Assembly: GCA_015491205.1 (NCBI GenBank)
Contig: WFWI01000077.1
Span: forward strand, 1-30,356
Source: Candidatus Microgenomates bacterium
Lineage (GTDB): Bacteria; Patescibacteriota; Microgenomatia; UBA1406; GWC2-37-13
Direction: 5' to 3'
DNA length: 30,356 bases
Numbering within the stretch: position 1 is the first letter of the stretch; every line of letters starts with the position of its first letter. Shown piece after piece: positions 8,133 to 16,960 of the stretch. The translations under genes and the position numbers were made by a program. The notes below the pieces were generated by a model. It saw only the letters and a list, made by a program, of their open reading frames with translations. It ran no database searches and had not been told where the DNA came from.

Positions 8133-8809
8133 TGTAAAACTGCTTTTTTAAACAAACTTTCAACTGTGCCTTTTCTTTTGGGCTTTTGACCGTCATAAAC
8201 TATTTTCCCTCCATTTATGATTATAAGCCGCTCTGCTACTGCTTCAACCTCTGATAAAATATGGGTGGAAAAAATGATGATCCTATCCTTTGAAAGCCTT
8301 ACAATAAGCTCCCTTATTTTCTCTTGCTCTATTGGATCAAGTCCTGAGGTTGGCTCATCCAAAACAAGAGCCTTTGGGTTGCCAACAAGCGCAGCTGCCA
8401 AGCCAACGCGCTGTTTAAACCCTCGGGATAGATTCTCAATCTTCTCATCAAGCTTTTCCTCAAGCCCAACCTCCTTGGCAATTCTTTCAAACCCCTTTGC
8501 TTTTTTAACCTCACAGATAAACTTTAAATATTCTTTTACTTTAAGCTCAGGATAAAGTGGATTGTTTTCAGGAAGATATCCAACGCGCCTTGCGATATCC
8601 ACCCGATCCTCAAGAGGATCATAGCCAAAAACTTTGATTTTGCCTTTATCGGGCTTTAAAATACCCATAATAAGACGCATAGTTGTTGTCTTTCCCGCTC
8701 CATTTGGCCCTAAAAACCCCACAATCTCGCCTTTTTTTATCTTAAAGGAGACGTTATCTACAGCCCTTACCCTTCCAAAAGATTTTGAAACCCTTGAAAG
8801 CTCAATCAT
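8129..8809 (-). CDS. ABC transporter ATP-binding protein (GldA-like)
   Basis: Walker A GPNGAGKTT, signature LSRGFKQR, Walker B LVLDEP, H-loop STH. Confidence 0.95.
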   Translation of the reverse strand: MIELSRVSKSFGRVRAVDNVSFKIKKGEIVGFLGPNGAGKTTTMRLIMGILKPDKGKIKVFGYDPLEDRVDIARRVGYLPENNPLYPELKVKEYLKFICEVKKAKGFERIAKEVGLEEKLDEKIENLSRGFKQRVGLAAALVGNPKALVLDEPTSGLDPIEQEKIRELIVRLSKDRIIIFSTHILSEVEAVAERLIIINGGKIVYDGQKPKRKGTVESLFKKAVLQ

Positions 8810-8873
8810 AAATAAGAAATAAAACTATAAACCTTTCAAACCTTCTCACTTTCTAACCTTCAAACCTTTTTTG

Positions 8874-8946
8874 TGATCCGCCGGGGACTCGAACCCCGAA
8901 CCACCCGGTTAAGAGCCGGGTGCTCTACCAGTTGAGCTAGCGGACC
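8874..8946 (-). tRNA. tRNA-Lys (anticodon CTT), CCA not encoded
   Basis: Minus strand GGTCCGC...GCGGATC-A acceptor stem, D-arm AGCTCAACTGGTAGAGC, anticodon arm CCCGG-CTCTTAA-CCGGG, T-arm CGGGG-TTCGAGT-CCCCG; 73 nt. Confidence 0.95.
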
Positions 8947-8982
8947 AAACAAAACTGCACTGCCAAAAGAAACTCAAGTAGA

Positions 8983-8991
8983 ATTATATCA
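8983..8991 (-). promoter_or_regulatory. Extended -10 promoter of tRNA-Lys
   Basis: TGATATAAT on the minus strand, 36 nt upstream of the tRNA 5' end. Confidence 0.55.
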
Positions 8992-9006
8992 AAAAAGGGG
9001 AAAGGG

Positions 9007-9300
9007 AAAAGCGTAAAAGGAAAAGCTGGTAAAATGACTAATTCCTAATTGACCTAATGACTAAAAAGCTAAAAAGGAAAAGCGAAAAGCTAAAAACTAA
9101 AAAAAAAATCCCAAGTTTCAAATATCAAATCAAATCTAAAGGACAAATATCAAGTTTCAAAATCTAAATAAACTATCCTTCCCAACTTCTAACCTTCCAA
9201 CCTTTAACTTTTATCATTTTAAATTTCCCTTCCTTTCTGACTATTGGTAGTTGGAATTTTAAAGTTTTTCGCTTTTACTTTTTCGCTCTTCGCTTTTCGC
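9007..9300. repeat. Heptamer-array element B with inverted 5x7-bp arms (AAAAGCG-type)
   Basis: Left arm 9064-9098 (AAAAGCT AAAAAGG AAAAGCG AAAAGCT AAAAACT); right arm 9266-9300 (TTTTCGC TTTTACT TTTTCGC TCTTCGC TTTTCGC); 3 extra units at 9007-9027; core resembles element A. Confidence 0.75.
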
Positions 9301-9882
9301 TTATAAAACCTTCAACACATTCCACCAGTTCTTTACATACTCAGCCCTTCTGTTTTGATACTTTAAATAATAAGCGTGTTCCCAAACATCAAGGCCAATT
9401 ATAGGCTCATATCCTTTAAGATAAGGCGAATCTTGGTTGGGAAGGGAGAAAACTTCCAGCTTTCCTTCAGGGCTTTTTGCCAGCCAGGCCCACCCGCTTC
9501 CAAAATGCGAAATTGCTGTTTTTTCAAAAATCTCTTTGAACTTCTCAATTGAACCAAACTGCTCTTCTATCTGCCTTTTTAAAGCCTCATCAACCTGCTT
9601 TTTAGGGCCCATTATTTTCCAGAAAAGTGAGTGGTTTACATGCCCACCTCCATGATTGCGGATAAGCGTTTTATCCTCCTCTGATATAGGAAGGCTTGAT
9701 AAATTGCGCAATAAGTCCTCAACAGGCCTTTCTGCTATCTCAGGGTTTCTTTCTAAAACCTCGTTTAACTTGTTGATATAAGCCTGATGATGCTTTGTAT
9801 GATGAATCTCCATCGTTTGCCTGTCAATATAAGGCTCTAAAGCATCATACGGATAATCTAATTGCGGCAAAGTGTATTTCAT
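9301..9882 (-). CDS. sodA: Superoxide dismutase, Mn/Fe family (Mn-type GGGH signature)
   Basis: HHTKHHQAY, NHGGGHVNHSLFW, FGSGWAWL, DVWEHAYY. Confidence 0.95.
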   Translation of the reverse strand: MKYTLPQLDYPYDALEPYIDRQTMEIHHTKHHQAYINKLNEVLERNPEIAERPVEDLLRNLSSLPISEEDKTLIRNHGGGHVNHSLFWKIMGPKKQVDEALKRQIEEQFGSIEKFKEIFEKTAISHFGSGWAWLAKSPEGKLEVFSLPNQDSPYLKGYEPIIGLDVWEHAYYLKYQNRRAEYVKNWWNVLKVL

Positions 9883-9906
9883 AGCTAAACTTTTACAAAA
9901 CTTGTA

Positions 9907-9947
9907 ATAGTTAATTTAACTATACTACTCTCTTCACAAAAAGTCAA
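9907..9947 (-). promoter_or_regulatory. sigma70 promoter of sodA with overlapping 8-1-8 palindrome
   Basis: TTGACT (9947..9942)-N17-TATAGT (9924..9919); palindrome ATAGTTAA-T-TTAACTAT at 9907-9923. Confidence 0.65.
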
Positions 9948-10010
9948 CTCGTAGCCATATTTAAATTCAAGCAAATTCATTCTATCCTATTAGCACAAAC
10001 CAAAAAACTT

Positions 10011-10048
10011 AATTGACTATTTTTTCCGATCGAAAATAATAGTCAATT
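10011..10048 (-). terminator. AT-rich hairpin downstream of comM
   Basis: Perfect 11-bp arms AATTGACTATT / AATAGTCAATT plus inner pairing; on the minus strand followed by AAG-TTTTTT. Confidence 0.45.
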
Positions 10049-10083
10049 TTAAATTATTTATACTGTCACAATAGGAAGAAACA

Positions 10084-11607
10084 CTAAGCCTCCTGTCTTG
10101 GACGATACTGCAAGGCTTCGGCAATAAATTCGGGCAAAATCTTCTCCTCTCCCTGAAGATCTGCAATTGTCTGGGCTATCTTTATGATTTTAAAGTAAGA
10201 ACGGGCAGAAAGGGAAAGCCTGTCCACAGCCTGTTTTAAAAGCTCCTTTGCCTGAGGCTCCAAATTGCAAAACTTTTTAATCTCCCTTGGCGTAAGCTGG
10301 CTGTTATACAAAACCTTTCCATAACGCTCCCTTTGCCTTTTTAAAGCCATCTCCACCCTTTCCCTGACTTTGGAACTTTCCTCTTCCTCTCCCTCTCCTA
10401 CCAGCTTTTCTGTATCAACATCAGGCACTTCAACGTGAAGGTCTATCCTGTCCATTATTGGGCCTGAGATTCTCTGGCGGTATTTTAAAATCATCCTGGG
10501 TGTGCAGCGACAAGGTTTTTTTGGATGACCAAAAAATCCACAAGGACAAGGATTAGAAGCAGCCAAAAGTATAAATCGAGCAGGAAAGGTGGCAAACCCA
10601 GCAGCACGCGAGACAGTAATCTCTCCATCCTCCAAAGGCTGGCGCAGGGCCTCCATCACAGAGCGAGGGAACTCTGGAAACTCATCCAAAAACAAAACTC
10701 CCCTGTGGGCCAGCGTTACCTCTCCTGGCTTTGGCCTTGAACCTCCACCAATAAGCCCGATACGAGAGGTTGTATGATGGGGAGAACGAAAGGGCCGGGT
10801 CTTAACAAGCCCTTCCTTGGGTAAAAGACCTACAACAGAATAAATCCTTGAAACCTCCAAAACCTCCTCCTGAGTCATTTTCGGCAGAATAGAAACAAAA
10901 GCGCGAGCCAAAAGGGTTTTTCCTGTGCCTGGCGGGCCGTAAAGATGCACATTGTGAAACCCAGCTGCTGCTATCTCCAAAGCCCTTTTTGCTTTATGCT
11001 GGCCTTTTATATCTTTAAAATCAACCTCTGCTCCTTCAAAATTTAATGCAAGATCCAAAGGCTCAGCTTTTTCAAGAGAAGAAATTTCATTAAGGTGCAA
11101 AACCAAGCTCTTTAAATCCTCAACTGGATAAACTTCAATTTCCTTGTAAAAACTTGCCTCTCTAGCATTTTCCTTTGGCAGAAAAATCCTTTTAAACCCC
11201 TCTTTGACCGCAAGCTCTGTTAAAGGTAAAACTCCATTTACTTTCTTTAATCTTCCATCCAAAGAAAGCTCTCCAATAAAAAAACTATCCTGCAAAAGGG
11301 ATCTTTCAACCGCACCTGAGGCCGCTAGAATACCAATACTTAAAGGAAGATCCAAGAAAGTCCCCTCCTTTGGAAGATCAGCTGGAGCCAAGTTTACTGT
11401 AATACGCGTCTCCGGCATGGAAAAACCAGAGTTTTTTATGCCTGCCCTTATTCTTTCCTTTGCTTCGTCAATTGCCTTGCTTGGAAGACCAACTAACGAA
11501 AATGTAGGCAAGCCATGGGAAGAAACATCAACTTCAACTTCTACAAGCTCTCCCCCAATCCCAAGGATTGTCCCAGAAAAAACTTTTGACAACATAACCT
11601 CTTTCAT
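10084..11607 (-). CDS. comM: YifB/ComM family Mg-chelatase-like AAA+ ATPase
   Basis: VGLPSKAIDEAKERI, RITVNLAPADLPKEG..DLP, Walker A GPPGTGKT, FRSPHHT, LAHRGVLFLDEFPEF, NPCPCG, SGPIMDRID, LSARSY. Confidence 0.95.
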   Translation of the reverse strand: MKEVMLSKVFSGTILGIGGELVEVEVDVSSHGLPTFSLVGLPSKAIDEAKERIRAGIKNSGFSMPETRITVNLAPADLPKEGTFLDLPLSIGILAASGAVERSLLQDSFFIGELSLDGRLKKVNGVLPLTELAVKEGFKRIFLPKENAREASFYKEIEVYPVEDLKSLVLHLNEISSLEKAEPLDLALNFEGAEVDFKDIKGQHKAKRALEIAAAGFHNVHLYGPPGTGKTLLARAFVSILPKMTQEEVLEVSRIYSVVGLLPKEGLVKTRPFRSPHHTTSRIGLIGGGSRPKPGEVTLAHRGVLFLDEFPEFPRSVMEALRQPLEDGEITVSRAAGFATFPARFILLAASNPCPCGFFGHPKKPCRCTPRMILKYRQRISGPIMDRIDLHVEVPDVDTEKLVGEGEEEESSKVRERVEMALKRQRERYGKVLYNSQLTPREIKKFCNLEPQAKELLKQAVDRLSLSARSYFKIIKIAQTIADLQGEEKILPEFIAEALQYRPRQEA

Positions 11608-11617
11608 TTTTCAAACA

Positions 11618-11630
11618 AGTATATTATGAT
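11618..11630. promoter_or_regulatory. Back-to-back -10 boxes for comM and cohesin gene
   Basis: Minus TATACT (11623..11618), 10 nt before ATG 11607; plus TATGAT (11625-11630), 8 nt before ATG 11639. Confidence 0.45.
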
Positions 11631-11638
11631 TTTATTGT

Positions 11639-12241
11639 ATGATAAAGTTGCTTTTACTTTCAATATTTTTTTACGTTCTTGTTCTACCCAGACCTGTTTA
11701 TGCTCTTACTTTTGGACTCATTGGACCAACTGAGCAGCTTGTCAGAGGACAAGAAGTGACATTTACAATTACAGTTGATACAAAAGGAGAAAGTCTATCT
11801 ACTGCTAGAATAGGTCTTCAATACGAAACACAATATTTAGAATTTCTAAACGCAATTCCAGGAGACACATTTACCTCAATATCAGTAGAAGAAATTGAGC
11901 CTGGAAAGCTTGTTCTTACTGGAACATCCACTACTCCCTTCAACGGAGAAGGAGTCTTTTCTTACGTAAAGTTTAAGCTAATTGCAGATAGTCCAGGCAC
12001 AAGCCAATTATGTTCTCTGTTTAACCCAGACAGTGTCGAGACCTCTCCTACCCCCACAACAACCCCTACTCCTACCACTCCTCCACCACAGGCCCAGACT
12101 ACCTCTATCCCTACTCCAACTGCACTTCTTAAAAGCGGCAGCACATCGCTTCAAGAAAAAGCTTTTACAATAGGAGTTGTTCTTTTAACACTCCCTTTGG
12201 CAGGCTTAGTTTTATCAAGATTTAAAAGAATCCCTTTTTAG
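11639..12241 (+). CDS. Secreted cohesin-domain protein with Pro/Thr linker and C-terminal membrane anchor
   Basis: Signal peptide; cohesin-like beta-sandwich pattern (VTFTITVDT...IGLQYETQYLEF...GEGVFSYVKFK); PTPTTTPTPTTPPP linker; LLKSG + hydrophobic helix + RFKR tail. Confidence 0.7.
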   Translation: MIKLLLLSIFFYVLVLPRPVYALTFGLIGPTEQLVRGQEVTFTITVDTKGESLSTARIGLQYETQYLEFLNAIPGDTFTSISVEEIEPGKLVLTGTSTTPFNGEGVFSYVKFKLIADSPGTSQLCSLFNPDSVETSPTPTTTPTPTTPPPQAQTTSIPTPTALLKSGSTSLQEKAFTIGVVLLTLPLAGLVLSRFKRIPF

Positions 12242-14065
12242 ATAGAAAAATATACTACCCGCAATACTAACAAGCATAATGAATAAAAGTCCTATTATTC
12301 CCCACAAGAATCTTTTTGCTTGCTCACCTTCTGAAGAGATATCCTTATAATAAACTGGAGAAGGAGTTAGCTTAGCCTTCTCAACCTTTCTATTTTCATC
12401 TGCTTTCAAATACTGAGCCTTAATTTTTTCCCTTTCTTCTGTAGGAAAAGTTATAGGCTTGCCAGCTTTTTGATTTTTTACAAGATCAAGGCTTTCCTTT
12501 TCCAAATAATCTTTGTTTAAAGAAACAAATTGAGAGGTAGTATAAGCGTACACTTTGTTTTCGCTCTCTATTTGTAAATAATAAGGAAAACGAGGTAGGT
12601 ATTCCGGAAGAATTCTTATGAAACCATTCCCATCAGCCTGAGCTTCAAGCAGAACATTTCCTGTAGAATAAGAAATTATCTTTACCTTAGCATAAGGCAA
12701 CACCTTCTTTTTGTCATCATAAACATAGCCTTCAATATAAGACAATATGGGTTCAAATTTAACCTTAGTTCTGTAAAGATTGGTAGATGCTTTTGCTTTT
12801 ATTTTATAAGTTAATACTTCCTTTATCCTACCAACAATTTTTCTAAACCAACCATCTTTAGAAAGAGCTAGATTCACCTTTTCAACCTCCAACACAAGAC
12901 TCCTGTCTTGTGGAACCTCTTTTAAAGACAACTCAACCCTCCACCTCCCGTTCTTATCAGATTGAGCCCTGGCCACAACCCTTCCTGATCCTTCCTCACG
13001 TAAAATTCCGATGCTAAAAGGATGAGAAAACCTAGCAGTAAATCCTACCTTACCTGATGGTAAGATTAAATGACCGTAATCAAAAATAACAACCTCACCC
13101 TCATAAGGAGTACCCAAAGGATTTAAAGGAATATCACATTGTATTAGTTTTCCTCTTTCCTCAATTATATATTTGTCATTATAAAGCTCTGCTCCAACTT
13201 CAGGATCACAACTGTATGCCTTAGAAAACCCAGGATTTATATCAGAAATATCTACAGGAAAAGAATAACCTGTCTTCTCAACTTCAAGCTTATATCTTCC
13301 TTCCGGCACCATAAAGGTAAATACACCATCTGGACCAGTTAATTTCTCAGGTTTAAATCCAGGCCTTGCTGGCAATAGATTTTCACTCTCATCTAAAATT
13401 CTAACGCGCACATCTGGCAAAGGCTCAAGACTTTTCGCATCAAACACTCTACCAGCAGGATCCCAATAAATCGAAATACACTCTGAAGGATCTTGGGTAA
13501 AAACAAGTTCTCCAAACTGTACTGTTTTTTCTCTTGGAATCCCGTCTCCAGACAATGGAATTATCCCAAAAAACCGGTGGTCCTCTGGATTTGCCGTTGC
13601 ACTCCTTACTATCATTTCAACCTTATCTCCATCTGCTCTTACAGGGTTTTCTAGAATCTCAAACTCATAAACCTCTCCTCCTACAGTTGGGTTAGCTTCA
13701 GCATCAAATCCAAGCCTTGTAAGCTCTCTATTCAACCTTGTATCGCCTGTTCTTGCTGTACACATATAATTGTTTCCAGTTGAAACACATCCAACTATGT
13801 AAATATCCACATTTGAAGGAAATCCTGTACCAGAAATTTTTAAAGTATGATCTTTCTTTTGAGGGTTAGGATACTTTGCAGGATCAAGCGATTTACACTC
13901 ATAATTGGAAGAACAAGTGGGAAAATACGTTTCTTCTATCTTAAGACATCTAGTCTCATATCCTACAACTTCGCTTTGAGCCTGGACAAGACTAGGAAAA
14001 CTTAGTACAAAAGCTGTTGACAAAAAAAGTATGGCTGTTTTAAAAAAACTGATCAACCCTATCAT
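12215..14065 (-). CDS. Large surface protein with carboxypeptidase-regulatory-like (prealbumin-fold) domains
   Basis: N-terminal signal; 8 Cys in the N-terminal half; GRVFDAKSLEPLPDVRVRI...GPDGVFTFMVPEGRYKLEVEKTGY and GYVYDDKKKVLPYAKVKI...ADGNGF patterns; C-terminal TM. Confidence 0.7.
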   Translation of the reverse strand: MIGLISFFKTAILFLSTAFVLSFPSLVQAQSEVVGYETRCLKIEETYFPTCSSNYECKSLDPAKYPNPQKKDHTLKISGTGFPSNVDIYIVGCVSTGNNYMCTARTGDTRLNRELTRLGFDAEANPTVGGEVYEFEILENPVRADGDKVEMIVRSATANPEDHRFFGIIPLSGDGIPREKTVQFGELVFTQDPSECISIYWDPAGRVFDAKSLEPLPDVRVRILDESENLLPARPGFKPEKLTGPDGVFTFMVPEGRYKLEVEKTGYSFPVDISDINPGFSKAYSCDPEVGAELYNDKYIIEERGKLIQCDIPLNPLGTPYEGEVVIFDYGHLILPSGKVGFTARFSHPFSIGILREEGSGRVVARAQSDKNGRWRVELSLKEVPQDRSLVLEVEKVNLALSKDGWFRKIVGRIKEVLTYKIKAKASTNLYRTKVKFEPILSYIEGYVYDDKKKVLPYAKVKIISYSTGNVLLEAQADGNGFIRILPEYLPRFPYYLQIESENKVYAYTTSQFVSLNKDYLEKESLDLVKNQKAGKPITFPTEEREKIKAQYLKADENRKVEKAKLTPSPVYYKDISSEGEQAKRFLWGIIGLLFIMLVSIAGSIFFYLKRDSFKS

Positions 14066-14076
14066 TTTATAATTTA

Positions 14077-14140
14077 ATAATAAGCTTCCGTTTTCTTTCT
14101 GTCAACTCATATTGAAAGATAAACCTTTTTTTCTTATCAT
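14077..14140. promoter_or_regulatory. Divergent sigma70 promoter pair
   Basis: Minus TTGACA (14105..14100)-N17-TATTAT (14082..14077); plus TTGAAA (14112-14117)-N17-TATCAT (14135-14140), 6 nt before ATG 14147. Confidence 0.7.
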
Positions 14141-14146
14141 AAAAAA

Positions 14147-16960
14147 ATGATTAGAAAAACAAAACTAATCTTTTCAATTATATTTTTGCTCTTACTGCCT
14201 CTGTTTTTACAGGTATTAGCTCAATCCCCTACTCCAAGACCTTGCCAAAATTCAGGTTGTCCTATTGCCCCTTCACAACTGAATTATCAATGTGCTGCCT
14301 CCTACCAAGATTGGCTTTCCGATCCTTCCCAAAATTTTTGGGTAGAAGACGAAGAAATAACTTTCCTTGGGAAAAATGCTGAGCGGGCAAGACAGTTCCT
14401 CTACTGGGTATTAAACCGTTCTCCCATCTATTATCACAGGTCTATTTTTGAGTCCTGGGGCTCAACCCGAAATTTGGCCTTTGCTCTTGTTTTTCTTACA
14501 GCTGCCCTTGCGGGGGTGGGAATAATTGTTGCCCGCCGTTTTACTTTTTCAACAAAGCTAGATGTTAAAAATATAATTCTAAAACTCCTAGGAATAATAT
14601 TATATGTAACATTCTCAGCTACACTTGTAATAACCATAATCCAGCTTTCTGACATTCTAATGAGGTTTTTTGTAGAAAACCTAAATGTAGGAAACCTTTT
14701 TAATATTTTCTTTACAAGACCAGAAGGGTTTGTGCTTTCTGACTCAGAAACAGCTTACAGAAGTTTTGTTGGATGCAAGAATATAAGCACTCAAGCTGTA
14801 GAATCAGTAAAAATATCTATATTCTTAGTAAAAATTACTAATCTAACCTACTTTTTAATAGGTCTTCTGCTTCTTATACGCCAAATCATCCTCTGGCTTC
14901 TTGTTGCTATCTCACCCTTTCTTGCTATCCTCTTGTTCTTTAAGATAGTAAAAAACGTCGGGAAAATTTGGATTGGCGTATTTTTCCAATGGGTCTTTTA
15001 TGGCCCTTTAGTAGCTTTGTTTTTGGGAACAGTCTCTAAAATGTGGCAATATGGAATACCTTTTAATTTTAACTTTACCCGAGCCAACACTCCAGAAGGC
15101 TTCGTCTATCCAACAGCTATAAGCATCCTTTATGGAGGCCCCTCTCAACAACTTGCCTTTATGAACAGCTCGAACTACGTTGACACTTTTGCCGAATATG
15201 TAATCTCTATCCTTATGCTTTGGGCTGCTATCGTGCTTCCTTGGTGGCTGCTGCGAACTTTCCGTGACTACTGCTGTGATGGGATTTACGCTATTAAGAA
15301 CCTTCTTATGGCTTTTTATGAAAATTATCGCGGCAAAAAACCTCCTTCTCCGCCTACGCCCACTCCACCTGATTTAAAATCAGCCATTAAAGCTGCCTTA
15401 AAGATTGAACAGCCAGCCAAGGAAAAAATAAAAATTGAACTTGGGGCTTTGCAAGATATTAAGAAGTTAAGGACAACTGACATAGTAGCAAATATAAATC
15501 TGAAGGTAAACGCTTTACACGACCTTGTTAAAATTGAAACCAACAAGGCTTACAAAGAAAAAATTGAAAGAACCCTAACATCATTAAAGCAACCTGACAG
15601 AATTGCCAACCCTAAAGAAAGGGAGAAAATAATGCAGCTTAAGACAGAGCTTTATCAGCGAGCCAAAAAGCAAGATAAAGTGGCTCAAAGAATTCTACAG
15701 GCCACCTCAACTTCAGTCATCGAAAGAGAAAAAGTTAAAAAAGAAGTCATCCAAAAAATTCCACAAGCAGCCCCTGCTCAAAAACTTGTAGCCTCCACCA
15801 CAAAACTACCACCTCAACAGATAACCAATATTTTCAGCAACTTGGTACAAAACTTTGTCAAAAACACAACCTTAACTAAAACCCTTTCCCAAACTACTCA
15901 GCTTCCAAAGGAAAAAATCTCGCAAATACTTATCGAATTTACAAACAATCTATCTCTTCCTTTAACTTCAGTGATAAATAAGATTTCTAAAACTACCCAG
16001 GTTGAAAAGGAAAAAATAAAACAAACTATAAAAACGTTTACAAATGTAATAAAAACCTCTTCCCTTATTTCCCACACAGCTAAAAAAGAAAAAGTAGAAA
16101 GAGAAAAAGTAAAGGAAACAATTGCAAAGTTAACAAAAGCCACGCCCCAGCAAATTCCAGAAAAAGAAACTTCCATAATAAAAGCCCTTCACGAGACAAT
16201 ACTCCAAAAAGAGGAGCTGGTAACCACCCTCTCACACCAAACAAATGTAGAAAAACAAGTTATAAAACAGATCCTAACCCAAGCAAAAGATGAAGAAGAG
16301 TTCAAACAATTGTCTTCAGACCCACAAAAACTAACTGTGCTTTCCCAAATTTACACTACTATTTTGCAATCGGATGAGTTGGTAGATGAAGTGTCAAAAC
16401 AAACTGGGGTAAGAAGAGAAGTTATTGAAAAAACTATTACTGAAGCCCTTCCAAAAGTAGCAGAAGCAGAACAAAACATAGAACAAGCTGTTCCTGTGCC
16501 GCCTACTGTTTCAATTGAAGAATATGAAAATACCAAAAAACTATGGAAACACCACTATCTCAAAGGCGAGGTGCCAGTCTCAGAGAATATAACCTCGCGC
16601 AAAGAATGGGTAGAGCAGGACATAATCTACCTTACAAACATTTTAAACAAACTCTTATCCGATGACGAAAAGCTAAAAGAAGAAGCTATGGAAGAGCTAT
16701 CTTACCTTCTACCGATCTTTATTATCAATGATCTTTCACCTGAACAACTCTTGGTTTACCTTAAGGCCAAGCTTGAAGCAGCCAAGGAAGTCAAAGAAGA
16801 GCTTGAAAAAGAAGAGGAGCTTAAAGAAAAACTGAAAAAAGAGATGGAAAAGGAAGAGCTTGTTGAAGTGCCGCTCGAAAGGAAAAAGAAAGAGGAAAAA
16901 CAAAAAGAGTTAAAACAAGAATTATCCCAAGAATTGCCTGAAGAAGAAAATGAGGTTTAA
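14147..16960 (+). CDS. Large polytopic membrane protein, TrbL/VirB6-like N-terminal half and long charged cytoplasmic tail
   Basis: About 7-8 hydrophobic segments including LLLLIRQIILWLLVAISPFLAIL...WIGVFFQWVFYGP (VirB6/TrbL-like pattern), then a Pro-rich hinge and K/E/Q/T-rich helical tail. Confidence 0.6.
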   Translation: MIRKTKLIFSIIFLLLLPLFLQVLAQSPTPRPCQNSGCPIAPSQLNYQCAASYQDWLSDPSQNFWVEDEEITFLGKNAERARQFLYWVLNRSPIYYHRSIFESWGSTRNLAFALVFLTAALAGVGIIVARRFTFSTKLDVKNIILKLLGIILYVTFSATLVITIIQLSDILMRFFVENLNVGNLFNIFFTRPEGFVLSDSETAYRSFVGCKNISTQAVESVKISIFLVKITNLTYFLIGLLLLIRQIILWLLVAISPFLAILLFFKIVKNVGKIWIGVFFQWVFYGPLVALFLGTVSKMWQYGIPFNFNFTRANTPEGFVYPTAISILYGGPSQQLAFMNSSNYVDTFAEYVISILMLWAAIVLPWWLLRTFRDYCCDGIYAIKNLLMAFYENYRGKKPPSPPTPTPPDLKSAIKAALKIEQPAKEKIKIELGALQDIKKLRTTDIVANINLKVNALHDLVKIETNKAYKEKIERTLTSLKQPDRIANPKEREKIMQLKTELYQRAKKQDKVAQRILQATSTSVIEREKVKKEVIQKIPQAAPAQKLVASTTKLPPQQITNIFSNLVQNFVKNTTLTKTLSQTTQLPKEKISQILIEFTNNLSLPLTSVINKISKTTQVEKEKIKQTIKTFTNVIKTSSLISHTAKKEKVEREKVKETIAKLTKATPQQIPEKETSIIKALHETILQKEELVTTLSHQTNVEKQVIKQILTQAKDEEEFKQLSSDPQKLTVLSQIYTTILQSDELVDEVSKQTGVRREVIEKTITEALPKVAEAEQNIEQAVPVPPTVSIEEYENTKKLWKHHYLKGEVPVSENITSRKEWVEQDIIYLTNILNKLLSDDEKLKEEAMEELSYLLPIFIINDLSPEQLLVYLKAKLEAAKEVKEELEKEEELKEKLKKEMEKEELVEVPLERKKKEEKQKELKQELSQELPEEENEV

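Noticed and set aside
8874-8946. tRNA-Lys as an integration (att) site
   Set aside because: No duplicated tRNA 3' end and no integrase in the window.
12048-12120. CCTAC/CCCAC-like nucleotide repeats
   Set aside because: Explained by codons of the Pro/Thr linker of the cohesin protein.
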